Shown piece by piece: positions 49,770 to 58,550 of a stretch of 64,000 nucleotides of DNA (its first letter is position 1; the number at the start of each line of letters is the position of its first letter). Source of the DNA: Gemmatimonadales bacterium (GTDB taxonomy: Bacteria > Gemmatimonadota > Gemmatimonadetes > Gemmatimonadales > GWC2-71-9). The DNA is taken from positions 8,909 through 72,908 of the forward strand of contig JBDIWC010000018.1 of assembly GCA_039794085.1 (NCBI GenBank), read 5' to 3'. The notes under the pieces are model-generated. The model worked only from the letters and a program-made list of their open reading frames with translations, ran no database searches and was not told the DNA's origin. A program made the position numbers and the translations under genes.

Positions 49770-49865
49770 TCACATACCCCCCAGAGCGTCTGCAGGGCTC
49801 CGAACCCCCCGGCCCCCCCGGTTCAGCACGTGCGTGTAGATCATCGTGGTCCGGACATCCGAGTA
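49770..49865 (-). pseudogene. intI: Integron integrase C-terminal remnant
   Basis: YSDVRTTMIYTHVLNRGGRGVRSPADALGGM*; upstream sequence is unrelated to integrases. Confidence 0.9.
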
Positions 49866-50149
49866 CCGCCGCAGTGGCGGGTCCCCGCTCTGGATTACCT
49901 CCTCTCTCCTCGGGCGCCCTGGAACCGCCTCAATCCCGGAGGCGAGGATCAGGTGCTCTCTGGGCGTCACCCCGGCGGCGGACGCCGGGGTCCATCTGCC
50001 AGCGCGCGCGTGGCGCGACTTATCGATTCTCCAGTCCTCGCCTCCGCATGCCAGCGTAGCCAGCGCGGGGAACCACCGTGTTGAGAGAACCGGAAACGGT
50101 CTGCTGTTCTGCAGCGGTGCGACCGAGGGAACCGCGAGCCAAAATGGTT

Positions 50150-50596
50150 TCAGTCGCCTTCGTCATAGTAGATGTCGGTGGAGGTCGGGAGCCTAGCCAT
50201 GCACTCCTGGAATTGTGGCGTGGCCTCGACGACCGCGGCCCACTCTTCAAGCGCGGGAAAATCGTAGGTCCAGACCTCGAGCGGGCCCAATTCCTGGAAC
50301 TGCGCGATGGGATAACAGAGCTCCATCACAATACGACCCACAAGCGTATCTTCGCCATCCCAATCGGCTTGCTCGCTGAACTGGCGCACCAGCAGGAGGG
50401 AGCCTTCGTCCCCGGCGAGTACGTTGTTCGGGAAGGCACCCCACTGGACCGACGCCGAGTCATGGCTCCCCTCCACTTCGCGATGGAGGAAAGCCTTGAA
50501 AACTCGCCAAGATTGCCACGGGTCCAAGTGCGACCGGTCAAGGCCCGCCGCTTCAACCATGCGCAACAGTTCGGGATATGCTCTTGAGTCGCGCAT
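50150..50596 (-). CDS. Hypothetical acidic protein
   Basis: AAGGAG RBS, ATG, 148-aa globular-looking ORF. Confidence 0.6.
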   Translation of the reverse strand: MRDSRAYPELLRMVEAAGLDRSHLDPWQSWRVFKAFLHREVEGSHDSASVQWGAFPNNVLAGDEGSLLLVRQFSEQADWDGEDTLVGRIVMELCYPIAQFQELGPLEVWTYDFPALEEWAAVVEATPQFQECMARLPTSTDIYYDEGD

Positions 50597-50685
50597 GGTC
50601 TCCTTGCTGGATGACGGCCAAGGGGAGGGGCCTCGTCCTGGAAGTTGGGGATCCTTCTCCTGTCCTATGTCCTATGTCCTACGTC

Positions 50686-51636
50686 CTACCCCTCCTCCGC
50701 CAACGTCCGCGTCACCGCCGCGATGGTCCTTGGAGCGCTCCCTTCGGCCCGGTTGTTGACCAGGATCCAGGCGGGGATGCGGAGTTCTCTCGCCGTCCGC
50801 GCCAGCCGGACCAGATCGCGCCGGAGCGCCGGCTGGGGCTCCCGGATCGTGTCATAGGGCGCAAACGCGTCCACCGCCTCATTGTAGGTGCGCCCCGGAC
50901 GGAGCAACGCCCGGGCAATGACGAACCCGGCGGTGATCACATCGGGGAGGTCGAGCTGTGCCCCGATCGGCGGCATCCGGGTCCAGGAGTTGACCAGGTG
51001 GGCCACGCCATGCTCCCGCAGCACGGCGAAGTAGGCCGGATGCAGGAACTCCGGGTTCCGGATCTCCACCGCGTAGGCCACGTCATGCGGAATGTGGCTG
51101 AAGAAGTGGTCGAGGCGCCCGGCAAACCGCTCAGGCGTCATGCCGTCATCCGCGATCTGCTGGAACTCGAAGATGAACACCGCCTGATGGTCCCGGAAAT
51201 GGGCCATCGCCGGACCGTGAACATCCTCCAGAAACCGCTCGACCGAGAGAAAATCGGGATTGGGCTCCCCCTTCGGTTCGTGGCTCCCCCCCCGTTTGCC
51301 GCTCCAGGTGTGCACCGTGACCCTGTCCCACACCTTGCTGATGCAGGGGAACCCGGGAGGGAGGTGCTTCGCGTAGGAGGTGAAGGTCGCCGTCGAGGGA
51401 GGGCGGTAGAAGGTCGAGTCGATGCCAACCGTGGTGAAGAGGGGGAAACGGGCGTACTCGTCGAGCAACAGAGCAGCGGCGCTGCGCGTGGGATAGGGCC
51501 GGTGATAGACCAGGCCCTCCCATCCCGGATAGGTCCACGACGAGGTGCCGAAACGGATGGAGTCCGGAATGGCCGCTCTCCAGGCGGCCAGTTGAGCGAG
51601 GTCGAGCGGCCCCCGGGCCAGATCGGACTCGGTCAC
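50686..51636 (-). CDS. DUF72 (YecE-like) protein
   Basis: FGTSSWTYPGW, TVGIDSTFYRPP, YAVEIRN, VNNRAEGSAP. Confidence 0.9.
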   Translation of the reverse strand: MTESDLARGPLDLAQLAAWRAAIPDSIRFGTSSWTYPGWEGLVYHRPYPTRSAAALLLDEYARFPLFTTVGIDSTFYRPPSTATFTSYAKHLPPGFPCISKVWDRVTVHTWSGKRGGSHEPKGEPNPDFLSVERFLEDVHGPAMAHFRDHQAVFIFEFQQIADDGMTPERFAGRLDHFFSHIPHDVAYAVEIRNPEFLHPAYFAVLREHGVAHLVNSWTRMPPIGAQLDLPDVITAGFVIARALLRPGRTYNEAVDAFAPYDTIREPQPALRRDLVRLARTARELRIPAWILVNNRAEGSAPRTIAAVTRTLAEEG

Positions 51637-52835
51637 GGGGCTCTGACCATGCGGAACAGTTGGCCGCTCCCTCCGCTCACCACCAGCAGATGCAGCTCTC
51701 CAGCGGCATCGAGACCGAAGCTGGTGAGGTTGCCGGGCACGTCGAGGTCGGAACGGTCCCGAATCTCGACCGCCCCCCCTCCGCTCCCCTGCAGGCGAAA
51801 GCTCCGGACCTGGCCGGTGCAGAAGTCTCCGTAGAAATAGACTCCGACCTCCTCTGGGAGCGCGCTTCCGCGATACACGTGCCCGCCGGTGACGGAACAG
51901 CCGCGGGAGTGGTCGTACTCCAGCACCGGCTCCACGAGTCCTGCCCGGTTGCAGTTGGTCGAGGGGCTGAAACAGAGCGTCCCCTCCATCACGTTCCAGC
52001 CGTAGTTGGCCCCCCGGCCCCCGCCGTCTGCTGCCCGGGCCACGTTGATCTCCTCCCGCCGGTTCTGCCCCACGTCGGCGATGTAGAGATCGCCGGTGCC
52101 GCGATCAAAGCTGAAGCGCCACGGATTGCGGAGGCCGATGGCCCAGATCTCGGGCCGGCCACCGGCTTGTCCCGCGAAGGGGTTGCCGGGCGCGGGCTGC
52201 ATGGTGCCGGTGGAGGGATCCACGGCGAGTCGCAGCAACGCACCCAGGAGGGTCTCGGCCCGTTGGCCGTTGTTCTCGGGGTCCCCCGCGCCACCGCCAT
52301 CTCCGAGGCCCGCATAGAGGAAGCCGTCGGGCCCGAAGGCCAGGTCGCCCCCGTTGTGATTGCTGAACGGTTGATTCACCGTGAGGCCCACCACCTCGGT
52401 GGCGGGATCGGCGCGATCGGGGTCGGCGACGGAGACCCGCATGGTGGAGAGCACGGTGCGGCCCGTGGGATCGGTATAATCGAGAACGAAGAGCCCGTTG
52501 GTCGCAAACTCCGGATGGAAGGCGAGGCCGAGGAGTCCGCGCTCCCCCGCGGTGGACACCGACGCGCGGTGGTCCAGAAAGAGTGTGGAGAGGAGCGTTC
52601 CGTTCCGGACGATGCGGATGCGCCCGTCCTTCTCGACCACGAAGAGACGGGGATCGCCGGGCGGGCTCACCAGGCCGAGGGGGAAGTCCAGGCCCCCGGT
52701 GACAAGCTCGATCGTGAGTTGGGGTGGGGGTTCCGGAGGTGGAGGGAACGGTGGTGTCGGGCCCGGATTTCCGTCCTCACCCCCGCCACAGGCGGTGACC
52801 CAGATCAGGAAGGAGAAACCGAGTGTGATCCGCAT
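51633..52835 (-). CDS. PQQ-dependent sugar dehydrogenase (GSDH) lipoprotein
   Basis: GERGLLGLAFHP, NHNGG, LGDGG, GLRNPWRFSFD, ADVGQN, NYGW. Confidence 0.92.
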   Translation of the reverse strand: MRITLGFSFLIWVTACGGGEDGNPGPTPPFPPPPEPPPQLTIELVTGGLDFPLGLVSPPGDPRLFVVEKDGRIRIVRNGTLLSTLFLDHRASVSTAGERGLLGLAFHPEFATNGLFVLDYTDPTGRTVLSTMRVSVADPDRADPATEVVGLTVNQPFSNHNGGDLAFGPDGFLYAGLGDGGGAGDPENNGQRAETLLGALLRLAVDPSTGTMQPAPGNPFAGQAGGRPEIWAIGLRNPWRFSFDRGTGDLYIADVGQNRREEINVARAADGGGRGANYGWNVMEGTLCFSPSTNCNRAGLVEPVLEYDHSRGCSVTGGHVYRGSALPEEVGVYFYGDFCTGQVRSFRLQGSGGGAVEIRDRSDLDVPGNLTSFGLDAAGELHLLVVSGGSGQLFRMVRAP

Positions 52836-52852
52836 CGACACTCTCGCGCAGG

Positions 52853-53620
52853 TCAGGGTTGGAGCGCCGCGATCACCTCGGCGTGCAGCTGCGTCGAGGC
52901 AGCGGCGATGGCGGAGGTCCCGCGGGCGGGATCCCGGCCCTGCCAGTCGGTGATGACACCTCCGGCTCCGCGGATCACCGGAATGAGAGCCGCCAGGTCC
53001 CACCGGTTCATCACCGGATCGAGCATGAGGTCGGCGCCGCCGCCCGCCACCAGCGTGTAGCCGAAGCAGTCGCCCCAGGTGCGCACCTGCCGCACCGAAC
53101 GGAGCAACCGATCGAAGGCCGCTCCATCCTGGTGTTCTGCGACGCTCAGGGTGTCGGTGCAGAGCAGGGTGGACTCGGCGAGTGACTCCGAGGGCCGGGT
53201 GCGGATGGGAGTCCCGTTGCGGGTGGAGACGGTGCCGTCCCCCTGGTAGAGGTCGCCCAGGGCAGGGAGGTGGATGGCGCCGAAGCGGGGCTCACCTCCC
53301 TGCAGAAGTCCGATGAGCGTTCCGAAGAGGGGGCATCCCGCGGCGAATGCGCGGGTCCCGTCGATCGGGTCGAGCACCCAGACCCATTCCGCGTCGGGAC
53401 GGTCCTCACCGAATTCTTCCCCGATGATCCCGTGGCCCGGCCACCGGGTGCGGATCGCGTCGCGCATGAGTTCCTCGGCCCGGGTGTCGGCCCAGGTGAC
53501 CGGGGACTGGTCCCCCTTCCACGACACCGCGAGGGCGGGTGAGCGGTAGACCGACATGATCGTCGGGCCGGTCACGTCGACCAGGCTCGTGACGAAGCGG
53601 ATGAAATCGTCGTGGTCCAT
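52853..53620 (-). CDS. hisN: Inositol monophosphatase family, probable histidinol-phosphatase
   Basis: SPVTWAD, GEEFG, WVLDPIDGTRAF, WGDCFGY, WDLAALIPVI. Confidence 0.75.
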   Translation of the reverse strand: MDHDDFIRFVTSLVDVTGPTIMSVYRSPALAVSWKGDQSPVTWADTRAEELMRDAIRTRWPGHGIIGEEFGEDRPDAEWVWVLDPIDGTRAFAAGCPLFGTLIGLLQGGEPRFGAIHLPALGDLYQGDGTVSTRNGTPIRTRPSESLAESTLLCTDTLSVAEHQDGAAFDRLLRSVRQVRTWGDCFGYTLVAGGGADLMLDPVMNRWDLAALIPVIRGAGGVITDWQGRDPARGTSAIAAASTQLHAEVIAALQP

Positions 53621-53725
53621 GCCGAAAGGTAAGGGCAGGCGAAAGCAAACCACAAAAAGCACAAGAGGCACAAGACCGCGCCACGGGGCAGGCCACTCCG
53701 CCATGGGCCTGACCTGGAACGGACG

Positions 53726-54210
53726 GGAACCACGAAATACACGAAAACACACGAAAAGAGTCCCTCCCTATCTCCGTTCGTGTCCTTTCCAGGTTGGGCT
53801 CTTCTCCAATTCCCGTGCGAACGGCATGGCCGAAGCGCGGAGATGCCCCCGCACCAGGGATCGAAACGGCTCCACCCCCGTACGCATCGGATTGGGATCC
53901 CTTCGTGGGCTCCAGGCACCGGTGCGCCCCTGCGTCCTGGCGCCTTTGCGTTGAGGCCGTTCCATGTGCTCAAGACCCGGCGGCAGGCTTCTCGCTCCAC
54001 TCGGGATGACGACTGAACAGAGATCACCTGAACTGGAGAAGAACCCCAGGTTGAATCTTCTCCCCTCCGCGGCCCTGCGCCTCCGCGTGACCCGCTGTCC
54101 TCTCGTGGGCCACGCCAGGCCCGACCCACGCAGGACCCGGAAGAGCCGACTCTGGATGAGCTGAAGGGGACGGCAGTTGTTCGTGCTTTTTCGTGCCTTT
54201 TCGTGGTTCC
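53726..54210. repeat. Paired inverted 9-mer triads enclosing nested repeats
   Basis: GGAACCACGAAATACACGAAAACACACGAAA ... TTCGTGCTTTTTCGTGCCTTTTCGTGGTTCC. Confidence 0.8.
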
Positions 54211-54295
54211 GAAAAGACCCGAAACTCGCCCGCACACAGAACCCCATCCGTCCCATGCTGGCACGGCCTCGCCGATCCCGGGTAGGTTTCGGTGC

Positions 54296-55069
54296 ATGAT
54301 GCGCGTCGTTTCCCTTGCCTGCTCGAACACCGAGATCGTCCATGCACTCGGGTGTGCCCACCTCCTGGTGGGTGTGGATGACCACTCCGATTGGCCTCTG
54401 GAGGTTGTGGAGTCGCTCCCCCGGGTCGGTCCCGATCTGCAGATCGACGTGGAGAAGGTGACCGCCTTGAAGCCCGACCTGGTCCTCGCCTCCCTCACCG
54501 TCCCGGGCCATGAGAAGGTCGTGGAGGGTCTGGTGGCGGCGGGTCTTCCCTATCTGGCACCGGAGCCGGTCAGCCTCGAAGATGTCTATCGGGACATCCA
54601 GGAGATCGGGAAGCTGCTCGATGTGCCGGACCGGGCGGACGCGGTGGTGCTCTCGATGCGTGATGCTCTCGACGCGCCGCCACTGCCGCCGGATGCACCC
54701 ACTCTCCTTGTGCAGTGGTGGCCCAAACCGGTCATCACCCCCGGTCGGCTCTCCTGGGCCACCGATGTGCTCGCCGCCGCCGGTGCCCGGGCCACACTCG
54801 GGCACGAGGAGGTGAAGAGCCGACCGATGAGCGACGACGAGGTGGTCGCGGCGGCGCCCGACGCCGTGATCGTCTCCTGGTGTGGGGTCGATCCGGCCAA
54901 GTACCGACCCGAGGTGGTGCTCCGGAATCCGGCGTGGCAGGCGCTCGGCTTCGTGCAACACCGGCAGGTGCATTGTATTGGCGAGCCGTTCCTGGGCCGG
55001 CCGGGGCCCCGCCTGGTCGAGGGGGTGCGGGCGGTGCGCCGCGTGGTGGAGGGGCTGCGGGAAGTTTGA
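54296..55069 (+). CDS. BtuF-like cobalamin/helical-backbone binding protein without signal peptide
   Basis: RVVSLACSNTEIVHALG, VGVDDHSDWP, LKPDLVL, RPGPRLVEG. Confidence 0.85.
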   Translation: MMRVVSLACSNTEIVHALGCAHLLVGVDDHSDWPLEVVESLPRVGPDLQIDVEKVTALKPDLVLASLTVPGHEKVVEGLVAAGLPYLAPEPVSLEDVYRDIQEIGKLLDVPDRADAVVLSMRDALDAPPLPPDAPTLLVQWWPKPVITPGRLSWATDVLAAAGARATLGHEEVKSRPMSDDEVVAAAPDAVIVSWCGVDPAKYRPEVVLRNPAWQALGFVQHRQVHCIGEPFLGRPGPRLVEGVRAVRRVVEGLREV

Positions 55070-55374
55070 AGTTCGAAGTGTGAAGTTCGAAGGGTGAGGC
55101 GTGAAGCCGGAGGGACCCCTGCGGGTTCTTCGCGATGACAGTCCGGCTTCCGCAACCTTCGCGCCTTCGCGCGAGACCCCCCACACATGGACCCCGGCGT
55201 CCGCCGGGGTGACGCCCCGGAGAACCGCGAGGCCCCGCGTGCTTCGTGCCTTCGTGGCTTCGTGTGAGTACGGTCGCTCACGAGATCGCCACGGACCCCT
55301 CCGGGGTCGTCCTCGCGATGACAGTCACTTCGAACTTCCAACTTCGAACTTCACACTTCGAACTTCACACTTCA
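55061..55374. repeat. Paired inverted heptamer arrays (GAAGTTY)n / (ACTTCRM)n enclosing REP-like elements
   Basis: GAAGTTTGAAGTTCGAAGTGTGAAGTTCGAAG ... CACTTCGAACTTCCAACTTCGAACTTCACACTTCGAACTTCACACTTC. Confidence 0.85.
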
Positions 55375-58300
55375 TCCCACCCGTTCGAGCCGCTCCAGAT
55401 GGGTGACCGTGACGGTGACGGCGCCGAACTCCTCCTCCACCATTCCCCGGAAGAGAAACGGACCCTGATCAAAGAGCAGGTGTCCCCGGGCCCGGTACAC
55501 ATCCGGAAAGAGGACCGCCTCGATCAGGCCCTCTCCGTCGTCGAAGGTGGCAAACTCCATCGGTTCCTCGTGGACGGTGTGCACCGGCTTGGCCGTGGTG
55601 AGCATCCCGGCCAGCAATACGGTCCTCCCCACATGCTCATGCAGGGTGGTGCTGGCCACGGTCCGGAGCCGCTGGAGCCGGTCGCGATGCAGGGCCATCG
55701 GGTGGGCTCCGGTGAGGAAGCCGAGGAGCTCATATTCCTCGCGCCGGCGCCGCTCCTCGTCGTATTCCCGGAGCCGGGGGATGGAGGGGGGAGGATCCAT
55801 GCCCGGCAAGGTGCCCGCCATCACGGCCCTGCGGGTGGTATGGCGGCGGGCCAAGGCGTCCACCCCCCAGAGGAGCATCGGGCGGGTCATGCCGCCCGCG
55901 ATGCCATCCAGGGCCCCGACTCGGATCAACAGCCGCAGGTCGTCCGGCGTGAGGCCTGACCGGCGACGGAGATCCCGGGGATCGGCAAAGGGCCCTCCCG
56001 CACCGCGGGCCGTGAGCAGTCGCTCCACCCCGGCGTGGGACAGTCCCTTCACGAACTGCAGGCCGATCTGCAGGGTGGTCCCGGCGCCGGTGCACCGGTA
56101 CTCGCTCGCGTTCACATCGGGAGGACGGATCGTGAGCCCCTCCCGGCGGGCCTCCGCCACGTAGGCAAACGGCCGGTAGAATCCGCCCCCGTTGGAGAGC
56201 ACCGCCGCGAAGAACTCTGCGGGATGATTGGCGCGGAGATAACAGGACTGCTGAGCCACCTGGATATAGGAACAGGAGTGCCCCTTGCAGAAGGAGTACC
56301 CGGCAAAGGAGAGAACCATCTCCCAGACCCGGGTGATCACCTCCGGATCTCGTCCCCGTGCCAGGGCCCCGGCCCGGAACTCCTCGGCGTACTCGGCGAG
56401 ACGCTTGTGAGGGCGCTTCTTGGACAAGGCCTTGCGGAGACCGTCTCCCGTGGCCAGTGGCATGCCGGCAAAGGCGGCGCAGACGGTCACCACATCCTCC
56501 TGATACACCATCACGCCGAACGTCTCGCTCAACACCTCCCGCAACACCGGGTCGAGCGGTTCCCAAGCCGCTCCATGCAGCCGTTCCAGGTAGGTCCGGA
56601 TGTACCGGTTCGATGCGGGACGAATGATGCTGGTGTTGAGCACCAGGAGCTCATAGGTGTCGGCCCGGCTCCGGGCGCAGAGGAGACGGGAGGCGGGGGA
56701 CTCGGTGTAGAACACCCCCATCGTCCGGCCGGTGCGGAAACAGGCCCGGGTGGCGGCATCGTCTCCCGCGTCCGCGCTGGTGTAGTCGAGGTGAATTCCG
56801 GTGTGGTCGCGGACCGCGGCGATGGCGTCGCGAATCACCGCGAGCGACCGGTTGCCCAGGAGATCGATCTTGACGAGTCCCGCGTCTTCCGCGCCGTCCT
56901 TTTCGAACTGGATCATGGGGACGGTCACGTCGGGAGCGTCGAGCAGTTCCTTCACCGCCGGCTGGGTCGGTACATGGTCGGTGAGCGCGGTGGGCACGAT
57001 CACCACCCCGCCCGGATGAAGCGACAGGTGCCGGGGCACTCCCACCAAGGGCTCCGCGATCCGGGCGTAGGTTCTCCAGCTCGGAGCCAGGTGGAGCGAG
57101 CGGAAGTTGGTGTGGGTGGCGATCAGCGTCTCCAGCGACTCCTCTCGATACCAGGGGATGCGGCGCGTCACCTCCCGGATCTCGCCGGCCGGGCGCCCGT
57201 GCACCTTGGCCACCTCGCGTAGCGCGCCCCGCAGCCGAAAACAGTTGTGGTTGGCCACCATCGCGGCGCGGGGATGGGGATAGCGGCGGAAAACATGGGC
57301 CAGAACCCGGTCCCGTTCGTCCCACGGGAAGTCGAGGTCGATGTCGGGAGGGTCGGTGCGCTCGGGGTTGAGAAACCGCTCGAAGAGGAGACCGGCGCCG
57401 AGTGGTTCGACATGGGTGATGCCGAGACAGTAGCTCACCACGGAATTGGCCACCGACCCCCGACCGCAGTGCACCGGACCATGGTCCACGATGTCCCGGA
57501 CCACGAGGAAGTAGTCGGCAAACCCCTTCAGTCCGATGATCCGGAGTTCGTGCTCCAATCGCTCCCGGGTAATGGGGGCAATGGTGCCATACCGACGGCT
57601 GGCTCCGGCAAAGGCCATCGCACGGAGGCGGCTCATGGCCTCCTCGGGTGTCGCGATCCGGGGAGGAACGATCCGGCCGATCGGAATCCGGTAACGGCAG
57701 CGATCGGCGAGGGCCTCCGCGTTGGTCAGTGCCTCGGGGCAGTCGGGGAAGTGCCGGGCCAGATCTGCCACCGGTTTGAGCCAGGCATCCCGGCCCGTGA
57801 TCTCCCCGGCGGGAAGCGCCGAGAGGGTCGTGTTGAGGGCAATGGCCCGCAGGAGGCGGTGCCGGGCCCAGTCCTCGGGATGGGCGAACATCACGGCATT
57901 GGTGGCAACCGGGGGGATGCCGAGTTGGCGAGCGGCGGCCAGGGTGCGATGCCGGGTGGGGCCCGGGATGATTTCGGCGTGGATTCCCTGGGGTCCGCCC
58001 AGTTTGACCAATCGGTCAAGAAGATCGGGATCGGGAGACATCACGGCCAGACCGTCCCGGTCGGTGGCGAGCTGTGCGCCAAGATTGAAGGCAGGGCGGT
58101 CGTTCCGGGAGGAGCCCGATCCGGCCCAATGCACGCCTGTCACCGCCCGGCAGAGCGCTCCCCATCCCTTGTCGTTTTCCGCGAGGACGGTGGCAACCTG
58201 GCCGCGGTGGGTCAGGTGGGCCCCGAGGATCGGCCTGATGCCGGCGCGCTCAGCCGCCTGCTGGAACTCCACGGCACCGTACACGCCGTTGGTGTCGGTG

Positions 58301-58410
58301 CAGGCGAGAGCGGTGAACGCCCGGGCTGCGGCCGCTTCAATCAGGGTGCCGGGACTTGAAGCTCCCTGCCCGAAGGAGAAGTGGGTGTGGACGTGGAGAT
58401 GGGTAAACAC
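55372..58410 (-). CDS. dnaE2: Error-prone DNA polymerase III alpha subunit (DnaE2 type)
   Basis: PHP domain HLHVHTHFSF, GRGSVANS, PPDIDLDF, HPGGVVI, KIDLLG, GYSFCKGH, terminal OB fold. Confidence 0.88.
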   Translation of the reverse strand: MFTHLHVHTHFSFGQGASSPGTLIEAAAARAFTALACTDTNGVYGAVEFQQAAERAGIRPILGAHLTHRGQVATVLAENDKGWGALCRAVTGVHWAGSGSSRNDRPAFNLGAQLATDRDGLAVMSPDPDLLDRLVKLGGPQGIHAEIIPGPTRHRTLAAARQLGIPPVATNAVMFAHPEDWARHRLLRAIALNTTLSALPAGEITGRDAWLKPVADLARHFPDCPEALTNAEALADRCRYRIPIGRIVPPRIATPEEAMSRLRAMAFAGASRRYGTIAPITRERLEHELRIIGLKGFADYFLVVRDIVDHGPVHCGRGSVANSVVSYCLGITHVEPLGAGLLFERFLNPERTDPPDIDLDFPWDERDRVLAHVFRRYPHPRAAMVANHNCFRLRGALREVAKVHGRPAGEIREVTRRIPWYREESLETLIATHTNFRSLHLAPSWRTYARIAEPLVGVPRHLSLHPGGVVIVPTALTDHVPTQPAVKELLDAPDVTVPMIQFEKDGAEDAGLVKIDLLGNRSLAVIRDAIAAVRDHTGIHLDYTSADAGDDAATRACFRTGRTMGVFYTESPASRLLCARSRADTYELLVLNTSIIRPASNRYIRTYLERLHGAAWEPLDPVLREVLSETFGVMVYQEDVVTVCAAFAGMPLATGDGLRKALSKKRPHKRLAEYAEEFRAGALARGRDPEVITRVWEMVLSFAGYSFCKGHSCSYIQVAQQSCYLRANHPAEFFAAVLSNGGGFYRPFAYVAEARREGLTIRPPDVNASEYRCTGAGTTLQIGLQFVKGLSHAGVERLLTARGAGGPFADPRDLRRRSGLTPDDLRLLIRVGALDGIAGGMTRPMLLWGVDALARRHTTRRAVMAGTLPGMDPPPSIPRLREYDEERRRREEYELLGFLTGAHPMALHRDRLQRLRTVASTTLHEHVGRTVLLAGMLTTAKPVHTVHEEPMEFATFDDGEGLIEAVLFPDVYRARGHLLFDQGPFLFRGMVEEEFGAVTVTVTHLERLERVG

Positions 58411-58430
58411 GGGGCCGGTCGGTTGGGTGA

Positions 58431-58450
58431 GAACCGAATATAAACCGAAA
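58431..58450 (-). promoter_or_regulatory. Putative SOS (LexA) direct-repeat box
   Basis: Minus strand TTTCGGTTTATATTCGGTTC; TTCGGTT repeated at 11-bp period, 20 nt upstream of dnaE2; resembles GTTC-N7-GTTC. Confidence 0.55.
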
Positions 58451-58451
58451 C

Positions 58452-58550
58452 TAGGACGTTAGGACTTGGGACTTAGGACTTAGGGATCTTGAGATTTCCT
58501 ATGTCCTAGGTCCTATGTCCTAGGTCCTATGTCCTAGGTCCTCTGTCCTC
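58452..58550. repeat. Paired inverted heptamer arrays (TAGGACT)n / (GTCCTAK)n
   Basis: TAGGACGTTAGGACTTGGGACTTAGGACTTAGG ... CCTATGTCCTAGGTCCTATGTCCTAGGTCCTATGTCCTAGG. Confidence 0.85.

Noticed and set aside
49770..49970. Functional 66-aa integrase
   Set aside because: Only the last ~31 codons resemble IntI; the other catalytic residues are absent.
50020..50150. attC site downstream of the 50150-50596 gene
   Set aside because: No RYYYAAC/GTTRRRY pair with the expected hairpin could be identified by eye.
53760..54290. Cobalamin riboswitch upstream of the BtuF-like gene
   Set aside because: No recognisable B12-box or GGGAA/GCCACTG motifs; the region is made of dispersed repeat modules.
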